Origin: Hyphomonadaceae bacterium JAD_PAG50586_4
GTDB lineage: Bacteria; Pseudomonadota; Alphaproteobacteria; Caulobacterales; Aquidulcibacteraceae
Direction: 5' to 3'
Assembly: GCA_023242925.1 (NCBI GenBank)
Contig: CP096134.1
Coordinates: 1,201,944-1,265,943 of the forward strand
Length of the DNA stretch: 64,000 nt
Shown here: positions 1 to 10,082 of the stretch, one piece after another
Numbering within the stretch: the first letter of the stretch is position 1
How the letters are laid out: each line of letters opens with the position of its first letter
The notes under the pieces: generated by a model
Told to the model about the DNA's origin: nothing
Seen by the model: only the letters and a program-made list of their open reading frames with translations
Database searches by the model: none
Translations under genes and position numbers: made by a program

Positions 1-159
1 GCGATCTTCTTCGCCGGCGGGGCGCTAAATCAAGCGCGGCCGCGCCAATATCGGGTGCGCCGGGGCATCTATGCTGCGCTTTGTGTGTGCGGGATCGTCG
101 CATCGGCGACGCTGGGCTTTGTCGGCATCGCCGCGATCGTGTATTTCGCTCAGCTATGA
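1..159 (+). CDS. 3' end of a membrane protein (partial, runs off the window)
   Basis: Frame 1 is open from base 1: AIFFAGGALNQARPRQYRVRRGIYAALCVCGIVASATLGFVGIAAIVYFAQL*. It has a hydrophobic C-terminal helix, and its TGA overlaps the next ATG (ATGA, 156-159). Confidence 0.6.
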   Translation, partial: AIFFAGGALNQARPRQYRVRRGIYAALCVCGIVASATLGFVGIAAIVYFAQL

Positions 160-1214
160 GCGATCTTCTGCGCGACCTCTGGTATTTCGCCGCGACCTCG
201 AAAGAGCTGAAGCGCGGCAAGATGTTTCGTCGCGAAATCTTAGGCGAGCCGATCGTGCTGGGGCGTGACGACGAAGGCCGTGCGTTCGCGCTGCGCGATA
301 TTTGCCCCCACCGCGCCGTGCCGCTCTCGTCGGGCAAGATCGAAGCCACCGATGGCGTGCAGACGGTGGAGTGTCCGTATCACGGCTGGCGCTTCAGCAC
401 GCAGGATGGGGTGTGCAAACAAATCCCGTCTCTGGTGGAGGGCCAGCCCTACGAAGCCGGCCGCATTCGCGTGCGCAATTTCCCGACGCACGAAGCCAAC
501 GGCATCGTGCTCGTGTTCGTCTCAAGCGATGCGCGCTTCACCGGCGAGGCGCCGCCTGCGCCAGAATTTGGTTTGGGCGATTTGGTCGAACCGAAATTCG
601 TGATCGAACGCATCTTCGCCGCGACCATGGACAACGCGGTCGTGGGGCTCATGGACCCGGCGCATGTGCCGTACGTGCATAATCAATGGTGGTGGCGTCC
701 GCCGAGCGCTGGCCGCAAGCTGAAGCAGAAGCGCTTCGTGCCGCGTGAGCGCGGCTGGGCGATTGAACGTCATGCGCCGAGTGGAAATTCGCTCGCCTAT
801 CGCATGCTGTTCGGCGGCGAGGTGACGACAGAGATTTCGTTCATGCTGCCAGGCTTCCGCTGGGAGGTCGTGGATAATCCAACGTCGCGTCTCTTCACAC
901 TGACCTGCCTCACGCCCGAGAACGAAAACTCCACACGCATCACGCAAGTGACGTATTGGAAAAACGCGCCACTGCTCGACGTACTGAAGCCGATCTTGAT
1001 CCCGGCCGGCCGCGAGTTCTTGGATCAGGATGGCCGCATGGTCGATTTGCAGAACACCGGGCTCGCCTATTCGCCGGCCATGCTCTGGATCGACGACATC
1101 GACGTGCAGGCCAAATGGTATCTGAAGCTCAAGCGAGAATGGACCAAGAGCCGTGAAGAGGGTCGTGAGTTCGCGAACCCGATTGAGCCGACGACGCTGA
1201 AGTGGATGAGTTGA
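156..1214 (+). CDS. Rieske non-heme iron oxygenase, alpha subunit (VanA/KshA-like)
   Basis: Rieske motifs CPHR and CPYHGW, plus mononuclear Fe motif DPAHVPYVH. Start moved to MSDLL at the ATGA overlap. Confidence 0.9.
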   Translation: MSDLLRDLWYFAATSKELKRGKMFRREILGEPIVLGRDDEGRAFALRDICPHRAVPLSSGKIEATDGVQTVECPYHGWRFSTQDGVCKQIPSLVEGQPYEAGRIRVRNFPTHEANGIVLVFVSSDARFTGEAPPAPEFGLGDLVEPKFVIERIFAATMDNAVVGLMDPAHVPYVHNQWWWRPPSAGRKLKQKRFVPRERGWAIERHAPSGNSLAYRMLFGGEVTTEISFMLPGFRWEVVDNPTSRLFTLTCLTPENENSTRITQVTYWKNAPLLDVLKPILIPAGREFLDQDGRMVDLQNTGLAYSPAMLWIDDIDVQAKWYLKLKREWTKSREEGREFANPIEPTTLKWMS

Positions 1215-1649
1215 TCACCGCGGAACCAGCACCACCGGAATAGTAATTTCGCGCGGTGTTGCGCCTTCGCCGGGCATGTCTTCTTGCAGGACGAGTGTCG
1301 CGGGCGTGTCTTGGGTGACGCGGAAATTGAGTTCGCCGCGGAAGGGCACGGGCGCTTCGGTCATCCAATCGCTTTGCGCGCGGGCGGGCGCTTCCGCGAG
1401 CATTGTGCCGTCGGCCGCGCGAAGCGCTAGCGGAAACTGCGCTTCAAAATACCAATCGCCACCCGCGTCGCCCTCCACGATAAGCGGACCGGTGACGCGT
1501 GCGCCCGCAAGGGGCGCCGTGACGTTGACGCCAGGGGCTTCAGCGATTGCGGCGGACGGCGCGGGTTCCCGAGCCTGTGGCGGCGGCGCGGGCGGTGAGC
1601 AGGCGCCAAGCGCGAAGGCCAGGATCAGCGCAGTGAGACGCATACTCAT
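1215..1649 (-). CDS. Lipoprotein with Gmad2-like immunoglobulin domain
   Basis: Lipobox LGAC, a Pro/Ala linker, then WYFEAQFP...AQSDWMTEAPVPFRGEL, typical of the Gmad2 family. Confidence 0.7.
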   Translation of the reverse strand: MSMRLTALILAFALGACSPPAPPPQAREPAPSAAIAEAPGVNVTAPLAGARVTGPLIVEGDAGGDWYFEAQFPLALRAADGTMLAEAPARAQSDWMTEAPVPFRGELNFRVTQDTPATLVLQEDMPGEGATPREITIPVVLVPR

Positions 1650-1714
1650 TCTCCAAGATTCCTGTTTATCGCGGCGTGCGATGGCGGCAACAAGGCGCGA
1701 GAAGGATATCGCCG

Positions 1715-2413
1715 ATGTCGCGGATGCATGTGGAACGTCACTTGGTGGAACGCGTCGGCTGGCTGCGGGCTGCGGTTCTGGGCGCCAATGACGGGATCGT
1801 TTCAACAGCCAGCTTGATTGTCGGCGTCGCCGCGGCCGCTGGCGGCCGCGATGCGATCATCGTCGCGGGTGTCGCCGGGCTGGTTGCCGGCGCGATGTCT
1901 ATGGCGGCGGGCGAATACGTATCGGTGAGTTCACAGGCGGATTCCGAGCGCGCGGATTTGGCGCGCGAGCGGGCGGAGCTCAAGAGCGACCCCGAGTTTG
2001 AGTTGGAGGAATTGACGCAGATCTACGTGGGGCGTGGCGTGGAGCCGGCGCTCGCACGGCAGGTGGCCGTGCAGATGACGGCGAAGGATGCGCTCGCCGC
2101 GCACGCGCGCGACGAACTGGGCATATCGCCGGCGACGCAAGCGCGGCCGATCCAAGCGGCGGTCGCGTCCGCTGCATCGTTCGCAACCGGCGCGGCGGCG
2201 CCGCTCATCGTGGCGTGGCTTGCGCCATTGACGCAACTTGGCTGGGTCGTGTCGAGCGCGTCGCTGATTTTCTTGGGCGTGCTTGGCGTGCTGAGCGCGG
2301 GGGCGGGCGGGGCGAAGATCGTGCGCGCGGTGGTGCGCATTGTATTTTGGGGCGCTTTCGCGATGGCGGTGACGGCGCTGATTGGCGCGCTGTTCGGCGC
2401 GACGGTCTCATAA
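1715..2413 (+). CDS. VIT1/CCC1 family Fe/Mn transporter
   Basis: WLRAAVLGANDGIVST and GAMSMAAGEYVSVSSQAD signatures. Confidence 0.92.
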   Translation: MSRMHVERHLVERVGWLRAAVLGANDGIVSTASLIVGVAAAAGGRDAIIVAGVAGLVAGAMSMAAGEYVSVSSQADSERADLARERAELKSDPEFELEELTQIYVGRGVEPALARQVAVQMTAKDALAAHARDELGISPATQARPIQAAVASAASFATGAAAPLIVAWLAPLTQLGWVVSSASLIFLGVLGVLSAGAGGAKIVRAVVRIVFWGAFAMAVTALIGALFGATVS

Positions 2414-2415
2414 AA

Positions 2416-2443
2416 ACGGACGCGCCTTGCGACGCGCCCGTTG
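2416..2443. terminator. Hairpin between convergent VIT1 and MCP genes
   Basis: aacggacgcg...cgcgcccgtt imperfect inverted repeat just after the TAA. Confidence 0.4.
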
Positions 2444-2465
2444 CACTTTCGTCGGGTGTTGCGGC

Positions 2466-4292
2466 TTAAGCGGCGTTGCGCTTGCCTGACGCAGATGTTG
2501 CGCCATTGACCTTGAACTGGCCAACCAAGCGGCTGAGGTCGTTGGCGTCGTCCGCGAGCGAGCGGCTGGCGGCGGTGGTCTGTTCCACCATCGCGGCGTT
2601 TTGCTGCGTGACTTGGTCCATCTGGTTGATGGCGGTGTTCACTTCGGCCAGGCCGAGCGATTGTTCACGCGCCGAGGCGGCGATTTCCGACACGAGGCCG
2701 TTGATCTCAGTGACCTTCGACACGATTGAGGAGATAGCCTGACCCGCATTGTTGATGCGTTCGACGCCAGTTTCGACCTGTTCGCTGCTGGTTGAGATGA
2801 GGCCTTTGATCTCCTTGGCGGCGCCGGCGGAGCGTTGCGCCAGCGCGCGCACTTCCGAGGCGACGACCGCGAAGCCGCGACCCGCTTCGCCCGCACGCGC
2901 GGCTTCGACGCCGGCGTTCAAAGCGAGGAGGTTGGTCTGGAATGCGATTTCGTCGATCACGCCGATGATCTGGCTGATCTGACGCGAGCTCTGTTCGATC
3001 TCGGTCATGGCGCGGACAGCGTCGCCTACGATATCGCCGGTGCGTTCGGCCTCAGAGCGCGTTTGCTCGACCGTCGCGTTGGCGTGGCTTGCGCCCGAGG
3101 CAGTCTTGGTGACGGCGGCAGTGATTTCGTCGAGCGCCGCGGCGGTTTCTTCAAGCGACGCGGCTTGCGTTTCTGTACGGCGCGAGAGGTCGTCGGCGGC
3201 GCGGCTGATTTCGTTGGTGCCGCTGGTGATCGAGAGCGTCGAGGTCGACACCAACGCCATAGCTTCGTGCAATTGGCGGATGGCGGCGTTGAAATCGTCA
3301 CGTAGTTTTAGATAGCGGCCGGCGAAATCGTTGGTGACCTGGCAGGTGAGGTCGCCGCGGGCCACGCGCTCCAGGGCGCCTGCGAGCGCATCGACCACTT
3401 CGGTCTGCTCTTTCTCGTTCGCCGCGCGAATGGCGTCGTTGCGCGCGCGTTCTTCGGTGGCGACCCGCTCCATGCGCACCTTTTCGGCGGCGGCCTTGTC
3501 GAGCGCTATGGCGGCGTCCTTGAACACTTGCACGGCCTCGGCCATTTCGCCGACTTCGTCCTTTTGGCCCACGGCCGGCACGACAATGGTTTTGTCGCCA
3601 TCGGCCAGGCGACGCATCGCGTCCGTCATTTGATTGACGGGGCGTGCGATCATGCGTGTCAGCAACATGCCGATCGCCGCCGAAAGCAGGGCGGAGAACA
3701 GCAAACCACCGACCAGGATCAGCGCAACCATGTTGGCGGCGGCTTCGGATTCGGCGTTCAGCTGGTCGAGTTGGGTCTGCTCCGCTGCGAGCAAAGCGTC
3801 GATGCCTTCTTCGGCAGGCGCAATGAGCTGATCCGCTGGGCCATTGTTACCGACGAGGGCGCCGGCTTGGCTAAGAGTGGCGGGGTTGCGGACAAGGCTC
3901 GTGGCGACGGGAACGACGCCATCGTACCAAAGGTCGGCTGCGCGTTCGACTTCATCGACGAGCGCGAGCTGTTCGGGTTCGCTGGCGGCCAGATCACGGA
4001 TGTTGTCGAGCGCCTCTTTGAACTTGGCGCGGTGGGATGCGACGCGCTCCAGATAATATTCGTCCTGACTGATGATCCAGCCGCGCACGGAGTTTTCTTG
4101 GCGCGCCAGGCGGAATTGGGCGTCGAACACGGCCTGCATCGTCGCGTTGCCGCGCGTGCTCTCCGAGCGCGCCTCATTCATCGTGTTGATGTTGAGTAGT
4201 GAGACGCCGCCCGTAGCGCCGATTACGGCGACGACAGCGGAGAAGCCCAGTAGCAGCTTCCGCGAAATCTTGAGATTGTTGAGATTCAACAT
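2466..4292 (-). CDS. Methyl-accepting chemotaxis protein (TM-CHASE3-like sensor-TM-HAMP-MCP signalling domain)
   Basis: [40 protein letters not shown] core, two TM helices, and a periplasmic segment with ENSVRGWII...YLE. Confidence 0.93.
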   Translation of the reverse strand: MLNLNNLKISRKLLLGFSAVVAVIGATGGVSLLNINTMNEARSESTRGNATMQAVFDAQFRLARQENSVRGWIISQDEYYLERVASHRAKFKEALDNIRDLAASEPEQLALVDEVERAADLWYDGVVPVATSLVRNPATLSQAGALVGNNGPADQLIAPAEEGIDALLAAEQTQLDQLNAESEAAANMVALILVGGLLFSALLSAAIGMLLTRMIARPVNQMTDAMRRLADGDKTIVVPAVGQKDEVGEMAEAVQVFKDAAIALDKAAAEKVRMERVATEERARNDAIRAANEKEQTEVVDALAGALERVARGDLTCQVTNDFAGRYLKLRDDFNAAIRQLHEAMALVSTSTLSITSGTNEISRAADDLSRRTETQAASLEETAAALDEITAAVTKTASGASHANATVEQTRSEAERTGDIVGDAVRAMTEIEQSSRQISQIIGVIDEIAFQTNLLALNAGVEAARAGEAGRGFAVVASEVRALAQRSAGAAKEIKGLISTSSEQVETGVERINNAGQAISSIVSKVTEINGLVSEIAASAREQSLGLAEVNTAINQMDQVTQQNAAMVEQTTAASRSLADDANDLSRLVGQFKVNGATSASGKRNAA

Positions 4293-4503
4293 CGTAGCGC
4301 ATCCCCGTGGCGTTGCGATTCTTCGCACAAGGACTTGCCGTGTGAGCGATTAAGCATTTCTGACTGTCGCTGCACTTGCGAGAATCTTTGCAGTGCAATG
4401 CCGCAGCAGCGCTCGATTACAGAGCTGGCAAGGTCTGATTAACCGATTTGCGGCAGCCATTCTCGGGTCATGGATTGGCAAAAAGCCGAGGGGAATGAGG
4501 CAT

Positions 4504-5733
4504 ATGCGGAAAGTTCTAGTGCGCGCGCTGGGCGCGGTGGCGGGTGCTGCGTCGCTTGCGGGCGTCGCGAACGGCGAGGAAGCGAACACCATCAGTGAAG
4601 CGATTTCGGAAGGTGAGCTGATCGCCGAAGCGCGCTTGCGCTACGAAACTTTCGAGCAAGTTGGGCAGAACGACGCTGATGCGCTGACGCTGCGCTCGCG
4701 CCTCGGCTGGCAGACGGGCACGTGGAATGGTTTGACTGCGCTGGTCGAGTTTGAAGACGTGCGCGATCTCGCGGGCGATTATAATGACGGCATCCCGCCA
4801 GCTGAGCCGTACGCCTCGATTCCGGACCCGCCAGGCACGGAACTGAACCGCCTTCAACTGCGCTGGCAGGTCAATCAACATCTAACCACGACGCTCGGTC
4901 GACAAACCATCTCGTTTGACGACAGCCGTTTCCTCGATGCGTCGAACAGCCGTCAGGACGCGCGCACGCTCGATGCCCTACGCGCAGATGTCACGCTCGG
5001 CGGATTGAAGGCGACCTATGCGTTCGTCGATCACGTCAACAACACGACCGCCGAATACAATGATTGGGAAAGCGAAACCCATCTGCTGAACGTCTCGCAG
5101 ACGTTCTCGGACGCGTTCAAGCTCACCGGCTTCGCCTATATGTTCGACTTCGACACGCCGACCGTGGTCAACCAATCGTCGCGTTTCCTCGGTGTGCGCG
5201 CCACTGGCAAGGAAATCGAAGCGTTTGGCGCCGAGTGGGGCTACGCGGTCAGCTACGCCAATCAGGAAGATTACGGCAGCTCGACCGTCGAATTCGGCCT
5301 CGACTATATGCAGGCGTCCGTCAGCGTTGAGTATGGCGAATGGGCGGCTCAGCTCTGGTATGAATCGCTGGAAGGCGACGGCACGCGCGGCTTTTTCGTG
5401 CCGATCGGGTCGTCGAACAGCTTCCAAGGCTGGGCGGGCGCGTTCAGCTCAAAGCCAGCTGACGGCGTCGTCGATCGTAACATCATGGTGTCCTACGCGC
5501 CGCAATGGGCGCTGGACTATCTGGGCGGCCTCACCTTCATGGCGCGTTATTACGACTTTGAAGCTGAGCGCACCGGCGCCGATTACGGCGAAGAATGGGA
5601 TTTGGCTGTGGGCGCGGACATCACCGACAATCTCGAATTCTCTATTGAACGTGGCGATTACGACGCGGGCGAGGGCGCAGGCTCACCGGCCAGCCGCACG
5701 CGCACCCGCTTTGTGTTGCAATACCGGCTGTAA
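4504..5733 (+). CDS. Outer-membrane beta-barrel, alginate export (AlgE-like) family
   Basis: Signal peptide, RLRYE and LRSRLGWQT strands, TELNRLQL, GRQTI...RQDARTLDA, C-terminal aromatic residue (LQYRL). Confidence 0.75.
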   Translation: MRKVLVRALGAVAGAASLAGVANGEEANTISEAISEGELIAEARLRYETFEQVGQNDADALTLRSRLGWQTGTWNGLTALVEFEDVRDLAGDYNDGIPPAEPYASIPDPPGTELNRLQLRWQVNQHLTTTLGRQTISFDDSRFLDASNSRQDARTLDALRADVTLGGLKATYAFVDHVNNTTAEYNDWESETHLLNVSQTFSDAFKLTGFAYMFDFDTPTVVNQSSRFLGVRATGKEIEAFGAEWGYAVSYANQEDYGSSTVEFGLDYMQASVSVEYGEWAAQLWYESLEGDGTRGFFVPIGSSNSFQGWAGAFSSKPADGVVDRNIMVSYAPQWALDYLGGLTFMARYYDFEAERTGADYGEEWDLAVGADITDNLEFSIERGDYDAGEGAGSPASRTRTRFVLQYRL

Positions 5734-5745
5734 GCCGCTGGATCG

Positions 5746-7485
5746 TCAGGGCGCTTGATAGAGCGCCTTGGCGATCTCGGCTTCGCGGCGCTCGTCAATG
5801 ATGCGACGCGCGGCTTCGTCTGGAACGCCAATCCCGCTGAGCAGCGCTTCACCGAGCTGAAGCGCTGCTTCTATTGTGTCGGGGCTGGCGAGCGCTGCGC
5901 CCAGCTCATGCAAGCGGCGCGCATGTTCGCCATCGCGTGCGCGTGCATAGACGGGCACGTGGGGCCAAGCCTGCTTGGCCTGCGTGACGATGAGATTGAC
6001 CGAGCCCGGATTGTTGATGGTGACAACGATGGCGGCGGCGTTGCCTGCGCCAATGGAGGCCAGAACATCGTGACGGCTTGAATCGCCGAAATGCACCGGA
6101 TTATCGAGCGATTGCATGGACGAGACGAGCGCGGCGTCGGAATCGATGGCGACGTAAGTGATTTCTTGCTTGTCGAGGATGTCGGCCAGCGTTTGGCCGA
6201 CGCGGCCGAAGCCGGCGATGACGACGTGGCCGCCTTCCTGCGCCAAATTGGCTTCGATTCTGTGCTGCGCACGCACCATGCGTCGCGCAATGCGGCCGCC
6301 GAAGGTGGCCACGAAGGGCGTCACGAAGATCGAGAGCGCGGTGACGAGCAGCATGTAATCGGCGGTGGCTTCGGGGATGGCGCCGTTTGCGCGCGCCGCA
6401 GCAACGACAACGAACGCGAATTCGCCGGCCTGACCGAGCAGGAAGGCGATCGCGAGTGCGCGCGGCCACGGAATGGCGAACAAGCGCGCGAGCGGCGCAA
6501 TGATGGCGATCTTGATGGCAAAGAGCCCAAACACACCGACAAGAATGAGGGCGGGGTTCGCGAGTAGGAGCGCCAAATCGATCTGCATGCCGACGGTGAC
6601 GAAGAAGAGGCCGAGCAGCAGGTCTTTGAAGGGGCCAAGGTCGGTTTCGATCTGGTGGCGGAATTCAGTTTCGGCGAGCAGCAGGCCCGCGAGGAAGGCG
6701 CCAAGGCCCATCGAGAGGCCGACAGATTGCGCCGCGGCGGCCATACCTATGGCGGCGAGGATCGCGGCGGCGATGAACACTTCGTGGCTATCGATCGAGG
6801 CGACCCAGCGGAAAAGTGGACGCAACAGCACGCGACCGAGCGTGAAGATGAGCAACAGGGAGACGAACGCGCTAAGCAACGCAATGAGAACGTTGTGGCC
6901 GCTGAGGGTATTGGCGGCGTCGACGCCGAGGGCGGCGACCAGGAAGAGTATCGGCACCACCATGAGGTCTTGCATCAGCAGGACCGAAAAGCTGATGCGA
7001 CCAACAGGCGTCGTGATTTGACGCCCTTCGCGCAGCAATTGAAGCACGAGCGCGGTCGACGAAAGCGCGAAGGCAAGGCCGAGCACTGCGGACGCCGCGA
7101 ACGTGTTGCCGAACAGGAGCGCAACGCCTGCGATGGCGATGGTGCAAAGCACGACCTGCGCAAGGCCTAAGCCGAACACGTAGCGCTTCAGGGCCCAAAG
7201 GCGCTCGAACGAAACCTCAAGGCCGATGACGAAGAGCAGGAACACGACGCCGAGTTCGGCGAGCACTTCAGTTGGTTGGTCTTCGCGCAGCTCGAACGCG
7301 CTAAGCCAGGGCCATGAATTGGCCAACTGGCCGAGCACGTGGGGACCCATGGCGACGCCAATCAGGAGAAATCCCATCACGGCGCTCAACTTGGCTTTGC
7401 GTAGGGCCGGCACGACAAGGCAAGTCGCCCCCAGGAAGACCAACGCCTGGGTCAGGACCGCGCCACCTGTGGCTCCGTGCTCCAT
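5746..7485 (-). CDS. CPA2 family K+/H+ antiporter with TrkA-N domain (KefB/KefC-like)
   Basis: AELGVVFLLFVIGLE, LAETEFRHQIETDLGPFKDLLLGLFF, and C-terminal VVIAGFGRVGQ. Confidence 0.92.
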   Translation of the reverse strand: MEHGATGGAVLTQALVFLGATCLVVPALRKAKLSAVMGFLLIGVAMGPHVLGQLANSWPWLSAFELREDQPTEVLAELGVVFLLFVIGLEVSFERLWALKRYVFGLGLAQVVLCTIAIAGVALLFGNTFAASAVLGLAFALSSTALVLQLLREGRQITTPVGRISFSVLLMQDLMVVPILFLVAALGVDAANTLSGHNVLIALLSAFVSLLLIFTLGRVLLRPLFRWVASIDSHEVFIAAAILAAIGMAAAAQSVGLSMGLGAFLAGLLLAETEFRHQIETDLGPFKDLLLGLFFVTVGMQIDLALLLANPALILVGVFGLFAIKIAIIAPLARLFAIPWPRALAIAFLLGQAGEFAFVVVAAARANGAIPEATADYMLLVTALSIFVTPFVATFGGRIARRMVRAQHRIEANLAQEGGHVVIAGFGRVGQTLADILDKQEITYVAIDSDAALVSSMQSLDNPVHFGDSSRHDVLASIGAGNAAAIVVTINNPGSVNLIVTQAKQAWPHVPVYARARDGEHARRLHELGAALASPDTIEAALQLGEALLSGIGVPDEAARRIIDERREAEIAKALYQAP

Positions 7486-7529
7486 TTCGCTCTCCTGTGG
7501 CGCGGCGCCGCGCTCGGTGGCTCATCGGA

Positions 7530-7553
7530 GGTCTTTCGCAGCTGCGAAAGACC
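7530..7553. promoter_or_regulatory. Perfect 24-bp palindrome, candidate operator between divergent kef and mcd genes
   Basis: GGTCTTTCGCAG|CTGCGAAAGACC read directly from the sequence. Confidence 0.65.
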
Positions 7554-7585
7554 GGCTTTAGTGCCCCGACTCGGGAGGAAATAGC

Positions 7586-9206
7586 ATGTCCGCTGAAGTG
7601 CTGGCTGGGCTCGATGAAGCCGCCAACAACGCCGCCAGGTACCTTGAAGCCGCCCGCGATGCGGTAAAGGCGCTTGTGGTCAAGGGCGGCAAGGTCGATC
7701 GCGTGGCGCTCGATCGCGAACAGCACGTCGTGCACGGCTTGGCCTGGGTCGCAACGTACGCGGAAACGCTACGCGAAGTCCGCGACTGGGCGCGTGCGCT
7801 ATCCGACAAGGGCGCGCTGACCGAGACGGATCAATTGCTGGCAAAGCTGCTGGCGGCCGAATATAGCGCCCAACTCGCCGGCGGCGTGCCGATGACGCAA
7901 GTCGAGATCATCCGTCCAGATCATTTTGGTGTTCCGGCGCCGGGTGTGGCGCTTTCGATCACGCAGGCGGAGAAAACGCGGCTGGCGGCGTTGCTGCATG
8001 ACCTCGCAAGGCCGCGCGACGGTGGAGAACACCAATCTCGACGCGGACTTCGAGATGATCCGCGATCAATTTCGCAAATTCGCCGACGACAAGATCATGC
8101 CACACGCGCACGGCTGGCATTGCCGCGATGAATTGATCCCGATCGAAATCCTGAATGAGATGGGCGCGCTTGGCGTGTTTGGGCTCACCATCCCGGAAGA
8201 ATATGGCGGCTCGGGCCTGGGCAAGACGGCGATGTGCGTCGTCTCCGAAGAACTCTCGCGCGCTTGGATCGGTACTGGTTCGCTCGGTACGCGCAGTGAA
8301 ATCGCGGCGGAGCTGATCCTGATTGGCGGCACAGCTGAACAGAAAGCTGAATGGCTGCCGAAGATCGCCAGCGCGGAAATTCTACCGACGGCGGTGTTCA
8401 CCGAACCGAATACGGGTTCGGACTTGGGCTCGCTGCGTACGCGCGCGGTGAAGGATGGCGATCAATACGTCGTCACCGGCAACAAGACCTGGATCACGCA
8501 TGCCGCCCGCGCCGATGTGATGACGCTGCTGGTGCGCACTGATCCGAGCACCACCGGCTTCAACGGCCTTTCGATGCTTCTAGCGTCCAAGCAGCGCGGC
8601 GATGACGCGATCCCGTTCCCGACGCCCGGCATGAGCGGCGGCGAGATCGAGGTGATCGGCTATCGCGGCATGAAGGAATACGAGATCGGCTTCGACGGCT
8701 TCAAAGTGGCGACTGCAAATCTGCTCGGCGGTGTTGAGGGCCAAGGCTTCAAGCAGCTGATGGCGACGTTCGAAAGCGCCCGCATTCAAACTGCGGCCCG
8801 CGCTGTTGGCGTCGCGCAAAGCGCGCTTGAGCTCGGTCTGAAATACGCGATCGACCGCAAGCAATTCGGTCAAGAGATTTTCGAGTTTCCGCGCGTCTCG
8901 AACAAGCTCGTCATGATCGCGGCGGAAGTGATGGCGGTGCGTCAGCTCACTTATTTCTCGGCGCGCCGCAAGGACAGCGGCAAACGCTGCGACCTCGAAG
9001 CGGGCATGGCGAAATTGCTGGCGGCGCGTGTGGCCTGGGCGGCGGCGGACAACGCGCTGCAGATCCACGGCGGCAATGGTTTCGCGGTGGAATACCCGAT
9101 CAGCCGCGTGCTGGCCGATGCACGCATCCTCAACATCTTCGAGGGCGCCGGCGAAATCCAAGCCATGGTGATCGCGCGCCGGCTCTTGGAAGAGGGCGCC
9201 AATTAG
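7586..9206 (+). CDS. mcd: (2S)-methylsuccinyl-CoA dehydrogenase, ethylmalonyl-CoA pathway; frameshift near 8005
   Basis: Mcd-type N-terminal extension ([14 protein letters not shown]...[10 protein letters not shown]) in ORF 7586-8131 joins the ACAD core ([26 protein letters not shown]) in ORF 7926-9206. SD GGAGG precedes 7586. Confidence 0.8.
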
Positions 9207-9233
9207 GGCATCACGTGCGCAAAGGAGCTTTCC

Positions 9234-9557
9234 ATGCGCGCTTTGATGGCCTTGGCATTGTTGGCGCTCGCTGCCTGCGGGCCCCAGGCCGAACCCGGAT
9301 ACACGCCAGAATATTCCTTCGGGTTCACGCAAAGCTGTACGGCGCGAAGCGGGTCGCATGAATTGTGCACCTGCATCTGGGAGAAAATCGAAGCGAACGT
9401 CTCGCGCGCGGATTTCGATGCACTTGAGCGGATGACGCCGGCCGAGCGCGACGTGCACCCGCTTAACGCTCAGATCCAAGGTTACGCCGTTGAGTGCGCC
9501 GCAACATTGCCGCAGCCGGCAATTAATCCTGCGGTGGAACCGCAGACCGCACCATGA
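9234..9557 (+). CDS. Small 4-Cys lipoprotein of unknown function (paralog A)
   Basis: Lipobox LAAC; pattern SC-x9-CxCxW...C; SD AAGGAG. Confidence 0.75.
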   Translation: MRALMALALLALAACGPQAEPGYTPEYSFGFTQSCTARSGSHELCTCIWEKIEANVSRADFDALERMTPAERDVHPLNAQIQGYAVECAATLPQPAINPAVEPQTAP

Positions 9558-9988
9558 CGTTGTCGGGCGTTATGCGCTTTGTGCTCAATCGCAACACTCT
9601 TTCCGGCGTGGCGCTCGCGAGTGCGCTTGTGGCGGCTGCCTGCGCGTCGAGTGCGCCACAAGCGGCGCTGTCAGGCACGCGCTGGCAGGCGCAAAGCATC
9701 GAGGGCGCGCCGGTCGCTTATCGCACGCCCACGATCGAATTCGCCGCCGACCGCATAAGCGGCACGGGCGGTTGCAATCGCTATTTTGGCGTCTACCAAG
9801 TCACTGGCGCGCAAATCAGCGTCGGTGATGTCGGCTCCACCGAGATGGCCTGCGAGCCGGTCGTGATGGCGCAAGAGGCTGCATTTCACACAGCTCTTGG
9901 CGACGCCCGCCATTTTCGGCGCGAAGGCGAAACCTTGGTTTTGGCCTCGGCAAGCGGCGATGTGCTTGTTTTTCGGCCCGCGCAATAA
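9554..9988 (+). CDS. META/HslJ domain lipoprotein
   Basis: W...IEG, ISGTGGCNRYFG and GSTEMAC motifs; ATGA overlap with the upstream gene. Confidence 0.88.
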   Translation: MTLSGVMRFVLNRNTLSGVALASALVAAACASSAPQAALSGTRWQAQSIEGAPVAYRTPTIEFAADRISGTGGCNRYFGVYQVTGAQISVGDVGSTEMACEPVVMAQEAAFHTALGDARHFRREGETLVLASASGDVLVFRPAQ

Positions 9989-10082
9989 CGCTTAACCGCG
10001 TTCAGGTGGGGCTCTTTTAACCGTCCACGCGCATAATCGTGACTAATGATCGGCAATTATTGCCGGCCTTGGAGATCGTGAG

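Noticed and set aside
4293-4503. Sigma54 promoter or full CtrA box for the MCP gene
   Set aside because: The GG...GC candidates are off by one in spacing, and the TTAA half-sites lack a partner at N7.
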